From Candidatus Saccharimonadota bacterium (GTDB lineage: Bacteria; Pseudomonadota; Gammaproteobacteria; Enterobacterales; Enterobacteriaceae): a DNA stretch of 32,000 bases. Of the stretch, positions 9,501 to 19,834 are shown piece by piece. The stretch covers positions 360,001-392,000 of the forward strand of contig NC_008513.1 in the NCBI RefSeq assembly GCF_000090965.1, written 5' to 3'. The translations under genes were made by a program, and so were the position numbers. The notes below the pieces were generated by a model. The model was not told the origin of the DNA. It saw only the letters and a list, made by a program, of their open reading frames with translations, and did not search any database. Each line of letters opens with the position of its first letter. Positions within the stretch are counted from its first letter, which is position 1.

Positions 9501-10685
9501 TTATGCAATAACTTTTGTTACTACACCAGCTCCTACTGTTCTTCCACCTTCTCTAATTGCAAATCGTAATCCTTCAGCCATAGCAATTGGATGAATTAAT
9601 GTAACTACCATATTAATATTATCACCCGGCATAACCATTTCTATATTTTCAGGAAGCTCAATTGAACCTGTAACATCAGTAGTACGAAAATAAAATTGAG
9701 GACGATATCCTTTAAAAAATGGAGTATGTCTACCTCCTTCTTCTTTAGATAATACATAAACTTCAGATTCAAATTTTACATGAGGATTAATAGTTCCAGG
9801 TTTTGCAAGAACTTGTCCACGCTCAATATCTTCTCGTTTTGTTCCTCTTAGTAAAATTCCTACATTTTCTCCAGCTCTACCTTCATCTAATAATTTACGA
9901 AACATTTCTACACCAGTACATATTGTTTTTGTAGTAGATTTTATACCAACAATTTCAACTTCTTCACCAACTTTTAATATACCTCGTTCAATACGTCCAG
10001 TAACTACAGTTCCACGACCAGATATAGAAAAAACATCTTCAATTGGAAGCAGAAATGGTTCATCAACAGCTCTTACAGGAATAGGAATATATTTATCTAA
10101 AGAATTAGCTAATTCAATGATTTTATCTTCCCAAATTTTTTCACCTTCTAATGCTTTTAAAGCTGAACCACGAATAATAGGAATATTATCTCCTGGAAAA
10201 TCATATTGAGTTAATAAATCACGAACTTCCATTTCTACTAATTCTAATAATTCTTCATCATCAACCATATCACATTTATTTAAAAAAACAATTATATGAG
10301 GAACACCAACTTGTCTACCTAACAAAATATGTTCTCTAGTTTGAGGCATAGGACCATCAGTAGCAGCTACTACTAGAATAGCTCCATCCATTTGTGCAGC
10401 ACCAGTAATCATATTTTTTATATAATCAGCATGTCCAGGACAATCTACATGAGCATAATGACGTAATTCAGTATCATATTCAACATGTGAAGTATTTATT
10501 GTAATACCTCTAGCTTTTTCTTCTGGAGCATTATCAATTTGTTCAAATGCACATGCTTTACCACCAAATCTTTTTGATAAAACTGTAGTAATAGCTGATG
10601 TTAAAGTAGTTTTTCCATGATCTACATGTCCAATAGTTCCGACATTAATATGTGGTTTAGAACGATTAAATTTTTCTTTTGACAT
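9501..10685 (-). CDS. tuf: Elongation factor Tu
   Basis: 394-aa ORF, near-identical to enterobacterial and Buchnera EF-Tu as I recall them. It carries [14 protein letters not shown] and NKCD G-motifs. Confidence 0.99.
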   Translation of the reverse strand: MSKEKFNRSKPHINVGTIGHVDHGKTTLTSAITTVLSKRFGGKACAFEQIDNAPEEKARGITINTSHVEYDTELRHYAHVDCPGHADYIKNMITGAAQMDGAILVVAATDGPMPQTREHILLGRQVGVPHIIVFLNKCDMVDDEELLELVEMEVRDLLTQYDFPGDNIPIIRGSALKALEGEKIWEDKIIELANSLDKYIPIPVRAVDEPFLLPIEDVFSISGRGTVVTGRIERGILKVGEEVEIVGIKSTTKTICTGVEMFRKLLDEGRAGENVGILLRGTKREDIERGQVLAKPGTINPHVKFESEVYVLSKEEGGRHTPFFKGYRPQFYFRTTDVTGSIELPENIEMVMPGDNINMVVTLIHPIAMAEGLRFAIREGGRTVGAGVVTKVIA

Positions 10686-10748
10686 TACTATTCCTTAATT
10701 TAATACATAATATTAATTATTTAAAATATTTATTTTTATAAAAAAATT

Positions 10749-12854
10749 TTATTGTGTAGAAACAATACTATCATAAATACTTCTAGGAGCTTCAGTATAC
10801 TTTAAAAATTCCATAGAATAAGATGCTCTACCTTGAGTTTTAGATCTTAAATCAGTAGCATATCCAAACATTTCAGATAATGGAACAAAAGCTTTAATAC
10901 TTTTTCCGCCTATCATATCATCTACCATTCCTTCAATAATTCCTCGACGTCGATTAATATCACCAATAACATCACCCATATATTCTTCCGGAGTTTCTAC
11001 TTCAACATGCATAATAGGTTCTAATAAAATAGGATTAGCTAATTTAAAAGCAGATTTAAAAGCATGAGAAGCTGCTAATTTAAAAGCTAATTCTGAAGAA
11101 TCAACATCATGATATGAACCATCATGCAATCGAACACCAATATCAACTACTGGATAACCAGCTAAAGGTCCAGATTTTAATTGTTCTTGTATACCTTTAT
11201 CAATAGATGAAATATATTCACCTGGAATTACACCACCTTTTATATCATTAACAAATAAATATCCTGATTTATTTGGTTTTAAAGGAAAAATATCAATTAC
11301 AACATGTCCGTACTGTCCTCTACCACCGGATTGTTTAATATATTTTCCTGAAACATTTTCAATTTTATTTAAAATTGTTTCACGATATGCAACTTGTGGT
11401 TTTCCTATATTAGCATCTACTTTAAATTCTCGTCTCATTCTATCGATAATAATTTCTAAATGTAATTCCCCCATTCCAGAAATTATTGTTTGATTAGATT
11501 CATGATCTATTCTCACTCGAAAAGAAGGATCTTCTTTAGCTAATCTATTTAATGATAAACCCATTTTTTCTTGATCTATTTTAGTTTTCGGTTCTACAGC
11601 AATTGAAATTACTGGTTCTGGAAAATCCATTTTTTCTAAAACAATTGGATGATTAACATCACATAAAGTATCACCAGTAGTTACATTTTTTAAACCAATT
11701 GCAGCAGCAATATCTCCTGCTCGAACTTCTCTTATTTCCTCTCTTTTATTAGCATGCATTTGCACAATGCGCCCAAATCTTTCTGTATGATCTTTTACAG
11801 AATTTAAAACTACATCACCTGAACGAACAATACCAGAATAAACACGAAAAAAAGTCAAATTGCCAACAAAAGAATCAGAAGCAATTTTAAATGCTAATGC
11901 AGAAAATGGTTGTTTATCATCTGCATATCTATAATTTTTAATAGAATCTTTTTGATTTATAAAATTTTTAGTTTTATAACTATCTTTTGGAGAAGGTAAA
12001 TATTCAATAATTGCATCTAATAATGCTTGTACTCCTTTATTCTTAAAAGCTGAACCACATGTAATCAAAATAATTTCATTATTTAAAGCTCGCTTTCTTA
12101 ATCCTATTTTAATATCTTTTTCTTCTAAATCATCATATTGTAGATATTTTTCCATTAATTCATCATCTGCTTCAGCAGCAACTTCGACTAAATTCATATG
12201 CCATTTATTAGCGAGTTGTAATAAATCTTTTGGAATATCATAATATTTAAAAGTAATACCTTGATCATGTTCAGACCATCTTATAGCCTTCATTTTTACT
12301 AAATCTACTATACCTTGAAAATTTTCTTCAGAACCAATAGATAACTGAATCGGAACAGAAATAACATGAAGACGAGTGCTAATTTGATTAACAACTTTTA
12401 AAAAATCTGCTCCTGTTCGATCCATTTTATTAATAAATGCAATTCTTGGAATTTTATATTTATTAGCTTGTCTCCAAACTGTTTCTGATTGAGGTTGAAC
12501 ACCACCTACAGCACAATAAATCATTACTACTCCGTCTAATACACGCATAGATCGTTCAACTTCAATAGTAAAATCAACATGACCAGGAGTATCAATTATG
12601 TTAATTCTATGCGATAAAAATTGTTTAGCCATTCCGGACCAAAATGTAGTAGTAGCTGCTGAAGTAATAGTAATTCCTCTTTCTTGTTCTTGTACCATCC
12701 AATCCATGGTAGCTGCACCATCATGAACTTCACCTAATTTATGATTAACTCCAGTATAAAACAATATACGTTCAGTGGTAGTTGTTTTTCCTGCGTCAAT
12801 ATGTGCACTAATGCCAATATTTCTATATTGAGTAATAGGTGTTATACGTGCCAT
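10749..12854 (-). CDS. fusA: Elongation factor G
   Basis: I place the start at ATG 12854 ([25 protein letters not shown]), as in E. coli. An AGAGGA Shine-Dalgarno lies 5 nt upstream. The track ORF start at 12860 adds MF. Confidence 0.98.
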   Translation of the reverse strand: MARITPITQYRNIGISAHIDAGKTTTTERILFYTGVNHKLGEVHDGAATMDWMVQEQERGITITSAATTTFWSGMAKQFLSHRINIIDTPGHVDFTIEVERSMRVLDGVVMIYCAVGGVQPQSETVWRQANKYKIPRIAFINKMDRTGADFLKVVNQISTRLHVISVPIQLSIGSEENFQGIVDLVKMKAIRWSEHDQGITFKYYDIPKDLLQLANKWHMNLVEVAAEADDELMEKYLQYDDLEEKDIKIGLRKRALNNEIILITCGSAFKNKGVQALLDAIIEYLPSPKDSYKTKNFINQKDSIKNYRYADDKQPFSALAFKIASDSFVGNLTFFRVYSGIVRSGDVVLNSVKDHTERFGRIVQMHANKREEIREVRAGDIAAAIGLKNVTTGDTLCDVNHPIVLEKMDFPEPVISIAVEPKTKIDQEKMGLSLNRLAKEDPSFRVRIDHESNQTIISGMGELHLEIIIDRMRREFKVDANIGKPQVAYRETILNKIENVSGKYIKQSGGRGQYGHVVIDIFPLKPNKSGYLFVNDIKGGVIPGEYISSIDKGIQEQLKSGPLAGYPVVDIGVRLHDGSYHDVDSSELAFKLAASHAFKSAFKLANPILLEPIMHVEVETPEEYMGDVIGDINRRRGIIEGMVDDMIGGKSIKAFVPLSEMFGYATDLRSKTQGRASYSMEFLKYTEAPRSIYDSIVSTQ

Positions 12855-12932
12855 AAACATCCTCTAATTAATATATTTTAATACTTATTTACTAAAATAT
12901 TTATTTAAATTACTTTAAAATACTAAATAATA

Positions 12933-13403
12933 CTACCATCTATAATGTGCAAATGCTTTATTTGCATCAGCCATTTTATGTACTTCTTCTCGTTTACGAA
13001 CTGCCGCTCCTTTATTTTCTAACGCATCTAATAATTCATTTGTTAAACGAATAGACATAGATCTATCTATACGTTTTCTTGCAGCATCAATGATCCATCG
13101 CATAGCTAAAGCATTTCTTCGAACAGGACGAACTTCTACAGGTACCTGGTATGTAGAACCACCTACACGACGTGATTTTACCTCTACTACTGGTTTTACA
13201 TTATCCAAAGCTGCAATAAAAATATCTAATTCTTTTTTTTTTACTTTTATTGATAATTGATGTAAAGCTGAATAAACAATATTTTCTGCAATAGATTTTT
13301 TTCCATTAATCATTAATATATTTATAAATTTTGCTAATAATTCTGAAGAAAATTTAGGATCAGGTAAAATTTTCCGCTGTCCTATTATACGACGACGTGG
13401 CAT
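12933..13403 (-). CDS. rpsG: 30S ribosomal protein S7 (uS7)
   Basis: 156-aa ORF starting [18 protein letters not shown] and containing [23 protein letters not shown]. Confidence 0.98.
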   Translation of the reverse strand: MPRRRIIGQRKILPDPKFSSELLAKFINILMINGKKSIAENIVYSALHQLSIKVKKKELDIFIAALDNVKPVVEVKSRRVGGSTYQVPVEVRPVRRNALAMRWIIDAARKRIDRSMSIRLTNELLDALENKGAAVRKREEVHKMADANKAFAHYRW

Positions 13404-13423
13404 AATATTTTTTCCTTAATAAT

Positions 13424-13798
13424 TTATACTTTTAATTTTTTAACACCATACTTAGATCTACCTTTTTTACGATCTTTTACTCCTGAACAGTCTAAAGCAC
13501 CTCTAATAACATGATAACGCACTCCAGGTAAATCTTTTACTCTTCCTCCACGAATTAAAATTACAGAATGTTCTTGTAAATTATGTCCTTCTCCCCCAAT
13601 ATATGCTGTTACTTCATGACCATTAGTTAAACGAACACGACATACCTTTCTTAATGCAGAATTTGGTTTTTTAGGTGTAGTAGTGTAAACTCTAGTACAT
13701 ACTCCTCTTTTTTGAGGACATTTAGATAAAGCTGGAACATTACTTTTTGTTACTTTTCGAACTCTAGAAAAACGAACTAACTGATTAATTGTTGACAT
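13424..13798 (-). CDS. rpsL: 30S ribosomal protein S12 (uS12)
   Basis: 124-aa ORF starting MSTINQLVR and containing [20 protein letters not shown] and [13 protein letters not shown]. Confidence 0.99.
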   Translation of the reverse strand: MSTINQLVRFSRVRKVTKSNVPALSKCPQKRGVCTRVYTTTPKKPNSALRKVCRVRLTNGHEVTAYIGGEGHNLQEHSVILIRGGRVKDLPGVRYHVIRGALDCSGVKDRKKGRSKYGVKKLKV

Positions 13799-13884
13799 AT
13801 ATAATCCATCATATTTTAAATAATAATTAATATTAGAAATATTTTATATTAAATTTATTAATTTTTAAAAAAATAATTAATAAA

Positions 13885-14178
13885 TTACCAAGTAATACTT
13901 TTATTATGTCCAGCAGTTAATAAAACAAAAACACTATAATCTGTTATAATTAAGCTGTTTTTTTTTGCTATTTTTAATAAACCTCTTGCAAATAAATCAT
14001 TTTTTAAAAAATATATTAAATTAAAATTTTTATATATTTTTTTAAAAATATCGTCCTTAACTATAGTACTTAATATTACTCCATCTTGAATACAAATTAA
14101 ATCATCCAATGTAGTACTTAACATTAATAATGAAGGTATAGAGATAGAGTATGGAGAACTTATTAAAATATGTAACAT
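13885..14178 (-). CDS. tusB: tRNA 2-thiouridine synthesis sulfurtransferase subunit TusB (DsrH family)
   Basis: 97-aa ORF, DsrH-like in length and position, directly downstream of tusC and tusD as in E. coli yheNML. The sequence is divergent. Confidence 0.8.
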   Translation of the reverse strand: MLHILISSPYSISIPSLLMLSTTLDDLICIQDGVILSTIVKDDIFKKIYKNFNLIYFLKNDLFARGLLKIAKKNSLIITDYSVFVLLTAGHNKSITW

Positions 14179-14190
14179 ATTATGTGTGTA

Positions 14191-14550
14191 TCACCATTTC
14201 AAAATATAATCAAATGAATTAATTTTTCTTCTCAAACATATATTATTTAAAAATTTTACCGGTAATAAAAAATTATCATTTTCTTTTAAACCACGTTTAT
14301 ATGCTGAATATTTACAAAAAAAAAAATCTTTTATATCATATAATGACAAAATTTTAAAAGAAAGAGAATAATTATAAGAATTAATATATTCTGGTTTTTG
14401 ATTTAAAAATAATTGTAAAACACCATCATCAATAAAAAATAGTGCAATTTTTTTAGTAGTTAAAGAACATGAAAGAACAACATCAAGACCTTCTTTACTA
14501 ATAGAATTTCCATATGGTGAATTTGAAAAAATAAATGCGATAGATTTCAT
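14191..14550 (-). CDS. tusC: tRNA 2-thiouridine synthesis sulfurtransferase subunit TusC (DsrF family)
   Basis: I take the internal ATG at 14550. It gives 119 aa starting MKSIAFIFSNSPYGNSISKEGLDVVL, colinear with recalled E. coli TusC (119 aa, MKRIAFVFSTAPHG..). The longer track ORF would overlap tusD by 50 nt. Confidence 0.85.
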   Translation of the reverse strand: MKSIAFIFSNSPYGNSISKEGLDVVLSCSLTTKKIALFFIDDGVLQLFLNQKPEYINSYNYSLSFKILSLYDIKDFFFCKYSAYKRGLKENDNFLLPVKFLNNICLRRKINSFDYILKW

Positions 14551-14572
14551 AAAATTTAATATAATAAAAAAT

Positions 14573-14965
14573 TTAAAACTGTATAATACGATCATAATCA
14601 TGAATTGAATAAGATAATTCACTTAAACTCATCCATTGAAATGAAGAAGAAAAAAAATTATATTTATATCCTAACTTTAAAGTTGATGTATGTGTATTAG
14701 ATAATAATCCTCTTTTATAAGCAGCACTAGGACATACACATAGCTTAAAATTATATTTTTTTTTTAAATTGATCCATTCATTTAAAATATTAAATTCATT
14801 TTCTTCAGTAGGAATCATACAATTAGCATTATAAATACCAGAAGCGTAAAAAAAAACTTTTTTTACGCGATAATTTAATAAAAATAAAGATTTAGCAAAC
14901 ATATAAGCAGTAATAGAATTTTGCATGCTATATGGTGGCGCACAAACAAAAATTAAATAATTCAT
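14573..14965 (-). CDS. tusD: tRNA 2-thiouridine synthesis sulfurtransferase subunit TusD (DsrE family)
   Basis: 130-aa ORF with VFFYASGIYNAN and CVCPSAAYKRG, which align to recalled E. coli TusD VFFYREGVYNAN and ICVAAALRRG. The active-site Cys region is retained. Confidence 0.88.
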   Translation of the reverse strand: MNYLIFVCAPPYSMQNSITAYMFAKSLFLLNYRVKKVFFYASGIYNANCMIPTEENEFNILNEWINLKKKYNFKLCVCPSAAYKRGLLSNTHTSTLKLGYKYNFFSSSFQWMSLSELSYSIHDYDRIIQF

Positions 14966-15255
14966 AAATAGCCATTTTTTTAAAAAAAATTTTTTTAAAA
15001 AATTATTTAAAATTTAAAACTAAATAAAATACTTATTTTAAGTAATAAATTTATATAAAATAATAATTAATTTTATCATAAAAAAATTATTTTTAATAAA
15101 CAAAAAATACATTGTTTATATTTAAAAATTATTTTTATTAAAAAAATATTAAATTTTCATTATTTAAAAATCTTTATAATATTAAAAATCTATTTATATT
15201 AAATAATTATCTAATTTAAAAAACAATTTTAATTTTTTAAAAAAAATATTTAATA

Positions 15256-16272
15256 TTAAAATCCTAATTTTTTATAAATTTTAAATAAATTTTTTAAACT
15301 ATCATTTAATGCATATTTTTTTCCTAAATTAATAATATCAATTAAATAATCTTTATTTTTTCTAAAATAAAAATATGATTTTTGTATATTAGAAATTGTA
15401 TCACATACAACATCTGATAAATTTTTTTTAAAAATTGAATATTTTGTATATTTAAATTCATTTTCTAAATTAAAAATTGTTTTTTTTGTAATTGATGAAA
15501 AAATTGATAATAAATTAGAAATACCAGGTTTTTTTCGAGTATCATATATAATTTTGGCTGATTTATCTGAATCAGTTAATGATTTTTGTAATTTTAAACG
15601 TATTAAATCAATATTATCTAATAAAAAAATTGTATTCTTTATATTGACATCTGATTTTGACATTTTTTTTTTCGGTTCTTGTAACGCCATTATTTTAGAT
15701 CCAATAGATTTAATTAATATTTTAGGAATAACAAAAATATCTTTATATATACGATTAAAACGATATGCAATATTTTGTACTAATTCTAAATGTTGTTTTT
15801 GATCTAAACCGATAGAAACAAAATTTGTTTTATATAATAAAATATCTGCTGCCATTAAAACTGGATAACAAAATAATGCTAAATCAATTTCTTTATTATT
15901 TAATAATTCTTTTTTTTTTTTAAATTGAGTCATACGAGATAATTCCCCGAAATAAGTAAAATTACTCAAAATCCAATATAACTGACTATGTGTATGTACT
16001 TGAGATTGAACAAAAATAATACTTTTTTTAGGATTAACTCCACATGATAAATATAAAGCAACTAAATCAAGAATTTTGTCAAAAAATTTATATTTTTTAC
16101 TTGCTTTTTGAATAGTATTAAGAGCATGTAAATCTGAAATACAAAAAAAACATTTATATTTTTTTTGTAAATTATACCAATTACACATTGTTCCACAGTA
16201 ATTACCTAAAGTTAAACTACCTGAAGGTTGAATTCCAGTAAACATAATTTCTTTTTCTTTAGAAAACTTCAT
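15256..16272 (-). CDS. trpS: Tryptophan--tRNA ligase
   Basis: 338-aa ORF with GIQPSGSLTLGNYCG (the class I HIGH-equivalent), YPVLMAADILLY and KKMSKSD (KMSKS). An AAGGA Shine-Dalgarno lies 9 nt before the ATG at 16272. Confidence 0.96.
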   Translation of the reverse strand: MKFSKEKEIMFTGIQPSGSLTLGNYCGTMCNWYNLQKKYKCFFCISDLHALNTIQKASKKYKFFDKILDLVALYLSCGVNPKKSIIFVQSQVHTHSQLYWILSNFTYFGELSRMTQFKKKKELLNNKEIDLALFCYPVLMAADILLYKTNFVSIGLDQKQHLELVQNIAYRFNRIYKDIFVIPKILIKSIGSKIMALQEPKKKMSKSDVNIKNTIFLLDNIDLIRLKLQKSLTDSDKSAKIIYDTRKKPGISNLLSIFSSITKKTIFNLENEFKYTKYSIFKKNLSDVVCDTISNIQKSYFYFRKNKDYLIDIINLGKKYALNDSLKNLFKIYKKLGF

Positions 16273-16326
16273 ATATAAATCCTTAATAATATTTTATTAT
16301 ATATTTTAATTTTTAAAAAATAAAAA

Positions 16327-16989
16327 TTAAAAAAAAATATTTTGAAAATTTTTTATTGTTTTTAAATAATTTTTAAAATTAAAAATTGCACTTCCAATTA
16401 CTAAATAATCTGCTCCAGAATCAATAATTTTTAAAATATTTGATTGATTTACTCCACCATCTACAGATAATAAAATATTACTTTTTTTTTTATTAATTAA
16501 ATAACGTATAGGTTTAATTTTTTTAAAGGTATTTTTTAAAAAAACTTGACCTCCAAAACCGGGATTAACAGCCATTACTAAAATTAAATCTAATTCTTTA
16601 ATAATATAATCAAGACAATTTAAGGAAGTAGAGGGATTTAAAGCTAAACCAACGTTACATCCTATTTTTTTAATTAATGGTATAGTTCTAGGTAAAGGAT
16701 TGGTTGTTTCAGGATGAATAGTAATAAATTTAACATTTAAATCAGCAAATAAAGGAATTAAAGAATCACCGGAAGAAGCCATTAAAGGAACATCAAAAAA
16801 AACGGGAATATTATTATTTTTAACAGATTTTAATATCATAGGACCAATAGTAAAATTTGGAACATAATGATTATCCATTAAATCAAAATGAATTAATTGA
16901 CAACCAGCACGTAAAAGCTTATGTAATTCATTTCCTAAATAACAAAAATCTGCAGATAAAATTGATGGAATAATTAAAAATTTTTTCAT
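16327..16989 (-). CDS. rpe: Ribulose-phosphate 3-epimerase (with a Pro at a predicted metal-ligand His position)
   Basis: 220-aa ORF with PSILSADF, HFDLMDNHYVPN, VNPGFGGQ, VDGG and GSAIF. The expected DVHLM segment reads DVPLM. Confidence 0.93.
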   Translation of the reverse strand: MKKFLIIPSILSADFCYLGNELHKLLRAGCQLIHFDLMDNHYVPNFTIGPMILKSVKNNNIPVFFDVPLMASSGDSLIPLFADLNVKFITIHPETTNPLPRTIPLIKKIGCNVGLALNPSTSLNCLDYIIKELDLILVMAVNPGFGGQVFLKNTFKKIKPIRYLINKKKSNILLSVDGGVNQSNILKIIDSGADYLVIGSAIFNFKNYLKTIKNFQNIFF

Positions 16990-17097
16990 TTATTTTCTCT
17001 AAAATATTTATTTATTATTTTTAACAAATTTTATTTTTAAAAATATTTTTTTCTCAAAAAATAGTATAAATATTAAATTTATATTTAATTTTATAAA

Positions 17098-18201
17098 TTA
17101 AGAAAAAAACCTTCTTTCTTGACAAGCCGTAATAGAATCTAATAAAATATTTTCTTTAATAGAAGAAATTAATTTAACTTTTCCAATTGATACTGGTATG
17201 ACAAGTCGAAGATTTTTATTTATAACCTTCTTATCTCTCATCATTAATTTTAAATAATCAAGAGGTAACATAGTACTAGGTCCTATAATAGGTAAACCAA
17301 TGTTATTAAATATGTTAATGATGTTTAATAACTCTGATTTTTTTAAATATTTTAAATAAAAAGATAAATAAGATGACATAATGATTCCAACAGAAACTGC
17401 ATTACCATGCAACCATTTTCCATAACCAGTAAAAGTTTCTATAGCATGCGCAAAACTATGACCTAAATTTAAAAACACTCGATTACCAATTTCTTTTTCA
17501 TCATTCTCAATAATTTTAACTTTTAACTCACAACATTTTTTAATACAATATAATAATTCTTTTTTTTGTAAATTTAATACTTTAAATAAATTATTTTCTA
17601 ACCAAATAAAGAAAATTTTATCAAAAACAATTGCATATTTAATAATTTCTGCGATTCCTGAAAGTAATTCTTTTTTAGGTAAAGTTGATAAAAATTTTAT
17701 ATCTATAAATACTCCCTTTGGTTGCCAAAAAGAACCAATCATATTTTTACCTAAAATATGATTTACTCCTGTTTTTCCACCAATTGATGCATCTACTTGA
17801 GATAATAAAGTAGTTGGAATTTGAAAAAAATTTACACCTCTTTGAAATATAGAAGCAACGAATCCAGTAATATCGCCAATAACTCCTCCACCAAGAGCTA
17901 TTAAATTTAGATCTCTACCATATAAATTATTTAATAAAAATGAAATAATTTTCTCTACTTCATATAAATTTTTATAATTTTCCCCATCATTAATAGAAAA
18001 ATAATGAATTTTATTCAAGATTTTATAAAAATATTGATTTTTATTCTTTAAAATTTTTTTTTCTATTTTTTTATTTGTAATTAATACATTATTTTTATTT
18101 TTTAGAAAAATTGATGATATAAACATATTATTGAATATATATTCACCAATATATATATTATAACTATAATTATTTAAATTAACATGTATTGTTTCTATCA
18201 T
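17098..18201 (-). CDS. aroB: 3-dehydroquinate synthase
   Basis: 367-aa ORF with LGGGVIGDITGFVAS, QIPTTLLSQVDASIGGKTGVNH and LNLGHSFAHAIE. It lies downstream of aroK as in E. coli. Confidence 0.95.
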   Translation of the reverse strand: MIETIHVNLNNYSYNIYIGEYIFNNMFISSIFLKNKNNVLITNKKIEKKILKNKNQYFYKILNKIHYFSINDGENYKNLYEVEKIISFLLNNLYGRDLNLIALGGGVIGDITGFVASIFQRGVNFFQIPTTLLSQVDASIGGKTGVNHILGKNMIGSFWQPKGVFIDIKFLSTLPKKELLSGIAEIIKYAIVFDKIFFIWLENNLFKVLNLQKKELLYCIKKCCELKVKIIENDEKEIGNRVFLNLGHSFAHAIETFTGYGKWLHGNAVSVGIIMSSYLSFYLKYLKKSELLNIINIFNNIGLPIIGPSTMLPLDYLKLMMRDKKVINKNLRLVIPVSIGKVKLISSIKENILLDSITACQERRFFS

Positions 18202-18260
18202 AATAAACTCAGTTTTAATATAATTTAAGAAATTTAATATTTTTAATATTAGTATTTTTT

Positions 18261-18800
18261 TTAAATAAAATTTAAATTTGAAATATAACTTAAAATTTTG
18301 GATAGAATAAATTTTACTTTTTTATTACTAGTATCTACTATAAAATTAGATATACTTCTATATAATGGATCTCGAATTTTAAATAATTGACTTAATAATT
18401 TTTTATTTTTATTAATATTATTTGATAATAATGGTCTATTTTTATCTATATTCGTTCTAATTAATTGTTCATCAATAGAAGTACGTAAATAAATTACAAA
18501 ACCTCTATTAATTAAAAAATTTCTTGATTTTAATGATAAAATAGATCCTCCACCAGTAGCTAATACTACACCAAATTTATTAGTTAATTTATTAATCATC
18601 TTTTCTTCTCTAATACGAAATTTTGATTCGCCTTCAACATCAAAAATCCAATCTATATTTGCCCCAGCTTTTCTCTCAATTTCGATATCAGAATCATAAA
18701 ATTTCATGTTTAATTGTTTAGCTAAAAAACGTCCAATAGTACTTTTTCCTGCACCCATTGGCCCTACTAAAAAAATATTTTTTTTTTTTTTTATATACAT
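18261..18800 (-). CDS. aroK: Shikimate kinase I
   Basis: 179-aa ORF with NIFLVGPMGAGKSTIGR (Walker A), ATGGG and RPLL. An A15 tract spans codons 3-8. Confidence 0.94.
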   Translation of the reverse strand: MYIKKKKNIFLVGPMGAGKSTIGRFLAKQLNMKFYDSDIEIERKAGANIDWIFDVEGESKFRIREEKMINKLTNKFGVVLATGGGSILSLKSRNFLINRGFVIYLRTSIDEQLIRTNIDKNRPLLSNNINKNKKLLSQLFKIRDPLYRSISNFIVDTSNKKVKFILSKILSYISNLNFI

Positions 18801-18942
18801 ATAAATATTCCTAGAACAAAAAAATAATGATATATTTTATAATATTTTTATGTAAAAAATATTTTTAAAAATATTAATAATATCAAATATATTAAATATT
18901 AATTATATTATAATAAAAAAATTTAACAAATTAATATAAATG

Positions 18943-18971
18943 TTGATTTTAAAAATATTTTTTTATATCAT
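18943..18971 (+). promoter_or_regulatory. Candidate sigma70-type promoter for tRNA-Ser
   Basis: TTGATT, 17 nt, TATCAT, ending about 20 nt before the tRNA 5' end. Chance matches are common in DNA this AT-rich. Confidence 0.25.
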
Positions 18972-18990
18972 AAAAAAAATTATATAAAAT

Positions 18991-19077
18991 GGTGAGATGT
19001 CCGAGTGGTTTAAGGAGCATGTTTGGAAAATATGTATACTAAAAATAGTATCAAGGGTTCGAATCCCTTTCTCACCA
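18991..19077 (+). tRNA. tRNA-Ser (anticodon GGA), class II with a long variable arm
   Basis: Acceptor stem GGTGAGA/TCTCACC. Anticodon stem CATGT/ATATG with loop TTGGAAA. Variable arm TATACT-AAAA-ATAGTA. T-arm AAGGG-TTCGAAT-CCCTT. Colinear with recalled E. coli tRNA-Ser(GGA). No encoded CCA. Confidence 0.95.
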
Positions 19078-19162
19078 TAAAATTTAAATAATTACATTTT
19101 AATTATATAAATAATAATTTATATTTTTATAAATTTTAATTTTTTTAAAAAAAATATACATA

Positions 19163-19744
19163 TTAATAATATGAATGTTTTCCGGAAATATGATGAGTAA
19201 CATCTTCTACACTAGAAATTTCAGGAAAATTCTTAATTAGTTTTTTTTCAATTCCTTTTTTTAAGGTTATATCTATCATAGAACAACCATTACAACCTCC
19301 AGAAAATTTTAAAAAAACTACACCAGAATCAGTAATATCATATAAAGCAACAGAACCACCATGCAATAATAATTTTGGATTTATTTGAGTAGTCAAAAAA
19401 TTTTTTATACTATTTTGTAATTGAGAAAAATTTTTTGATTTATTTAATATTTTTGCATATGGTGCTTTTAATGTTATCTTGGTACCTAAATCATTTTTTA
19501 CCAAATCAATAATAGAATCTTTCAAAAAAGGAAGCATTAATTTATGTATATACACATCAAAAAAATCGAAAGAAAACTTATGATCATTTTTTTTGTCTAT
19601 ATCATTCATGTCACAATATGCCATACCACATTCAGCATACATAGTTCCAGGAGAATCTACAAAAATTCTAATATTAGTTCCCAATTCTTGTTTTGATAAT
19701 AACTTAATAATATATTTTTTTGCTTTTTTAGAAATTTTTATCAT
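19163..19744 (-). CDS. nfuA: Fe/S biogenesis protein NfuA
   Basis: 193-aa ORF colinear with recalled E. coli NfuA. It has LKAPYAK, HGGSVAL, GGCNGCSM (CXXC) and the C-terminal GKHSYY. Confidence 0.94.
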   Translation of the reverse strand: MIKISKKAKKYIIKLLSKQELGTNIRIFVDSPGTMYAECGMAYCDMNDIDKKNDHKFSFDFFDVYIHKLMLPFLKDSIIDLVKNDLGTKITLKAPYAKILNKSKNFSQLQNSIKNFLTTQINPKLLLHGGSVALYDITDSGVVFLKFSGGCNGCSMIDITLKKGIEKKLIKNFPEISSVEDVTHHISGKHSYY

Positions 19745-19834
19745 AGAAACTCTCTATATAATATGTTATTATTATTTTTAAAAAAATAAATTTATATAAA
19801 AAATTATATTTATATCATTTTACAAATTTTATAT

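Noticed and set aside
14551-14622. 24-codon N-terminal extension of tusC overlapping tusD
   Set aside because: The extension is hydrophobic low-complexity sequence. The ATG at 14550 gives a 119-aa product, matching the length and N-terminus I recall for E. coli TusC.
15554-15802. 82-aa plus-strand ORF
   Set aside because: It is antisense within trpS and has no family resemblance. Shadow ORF.
19593-19781. 62-aa plus-strand ORF
   Set aside because: It is mostly antisense within the nfuA 5' region and has no support.
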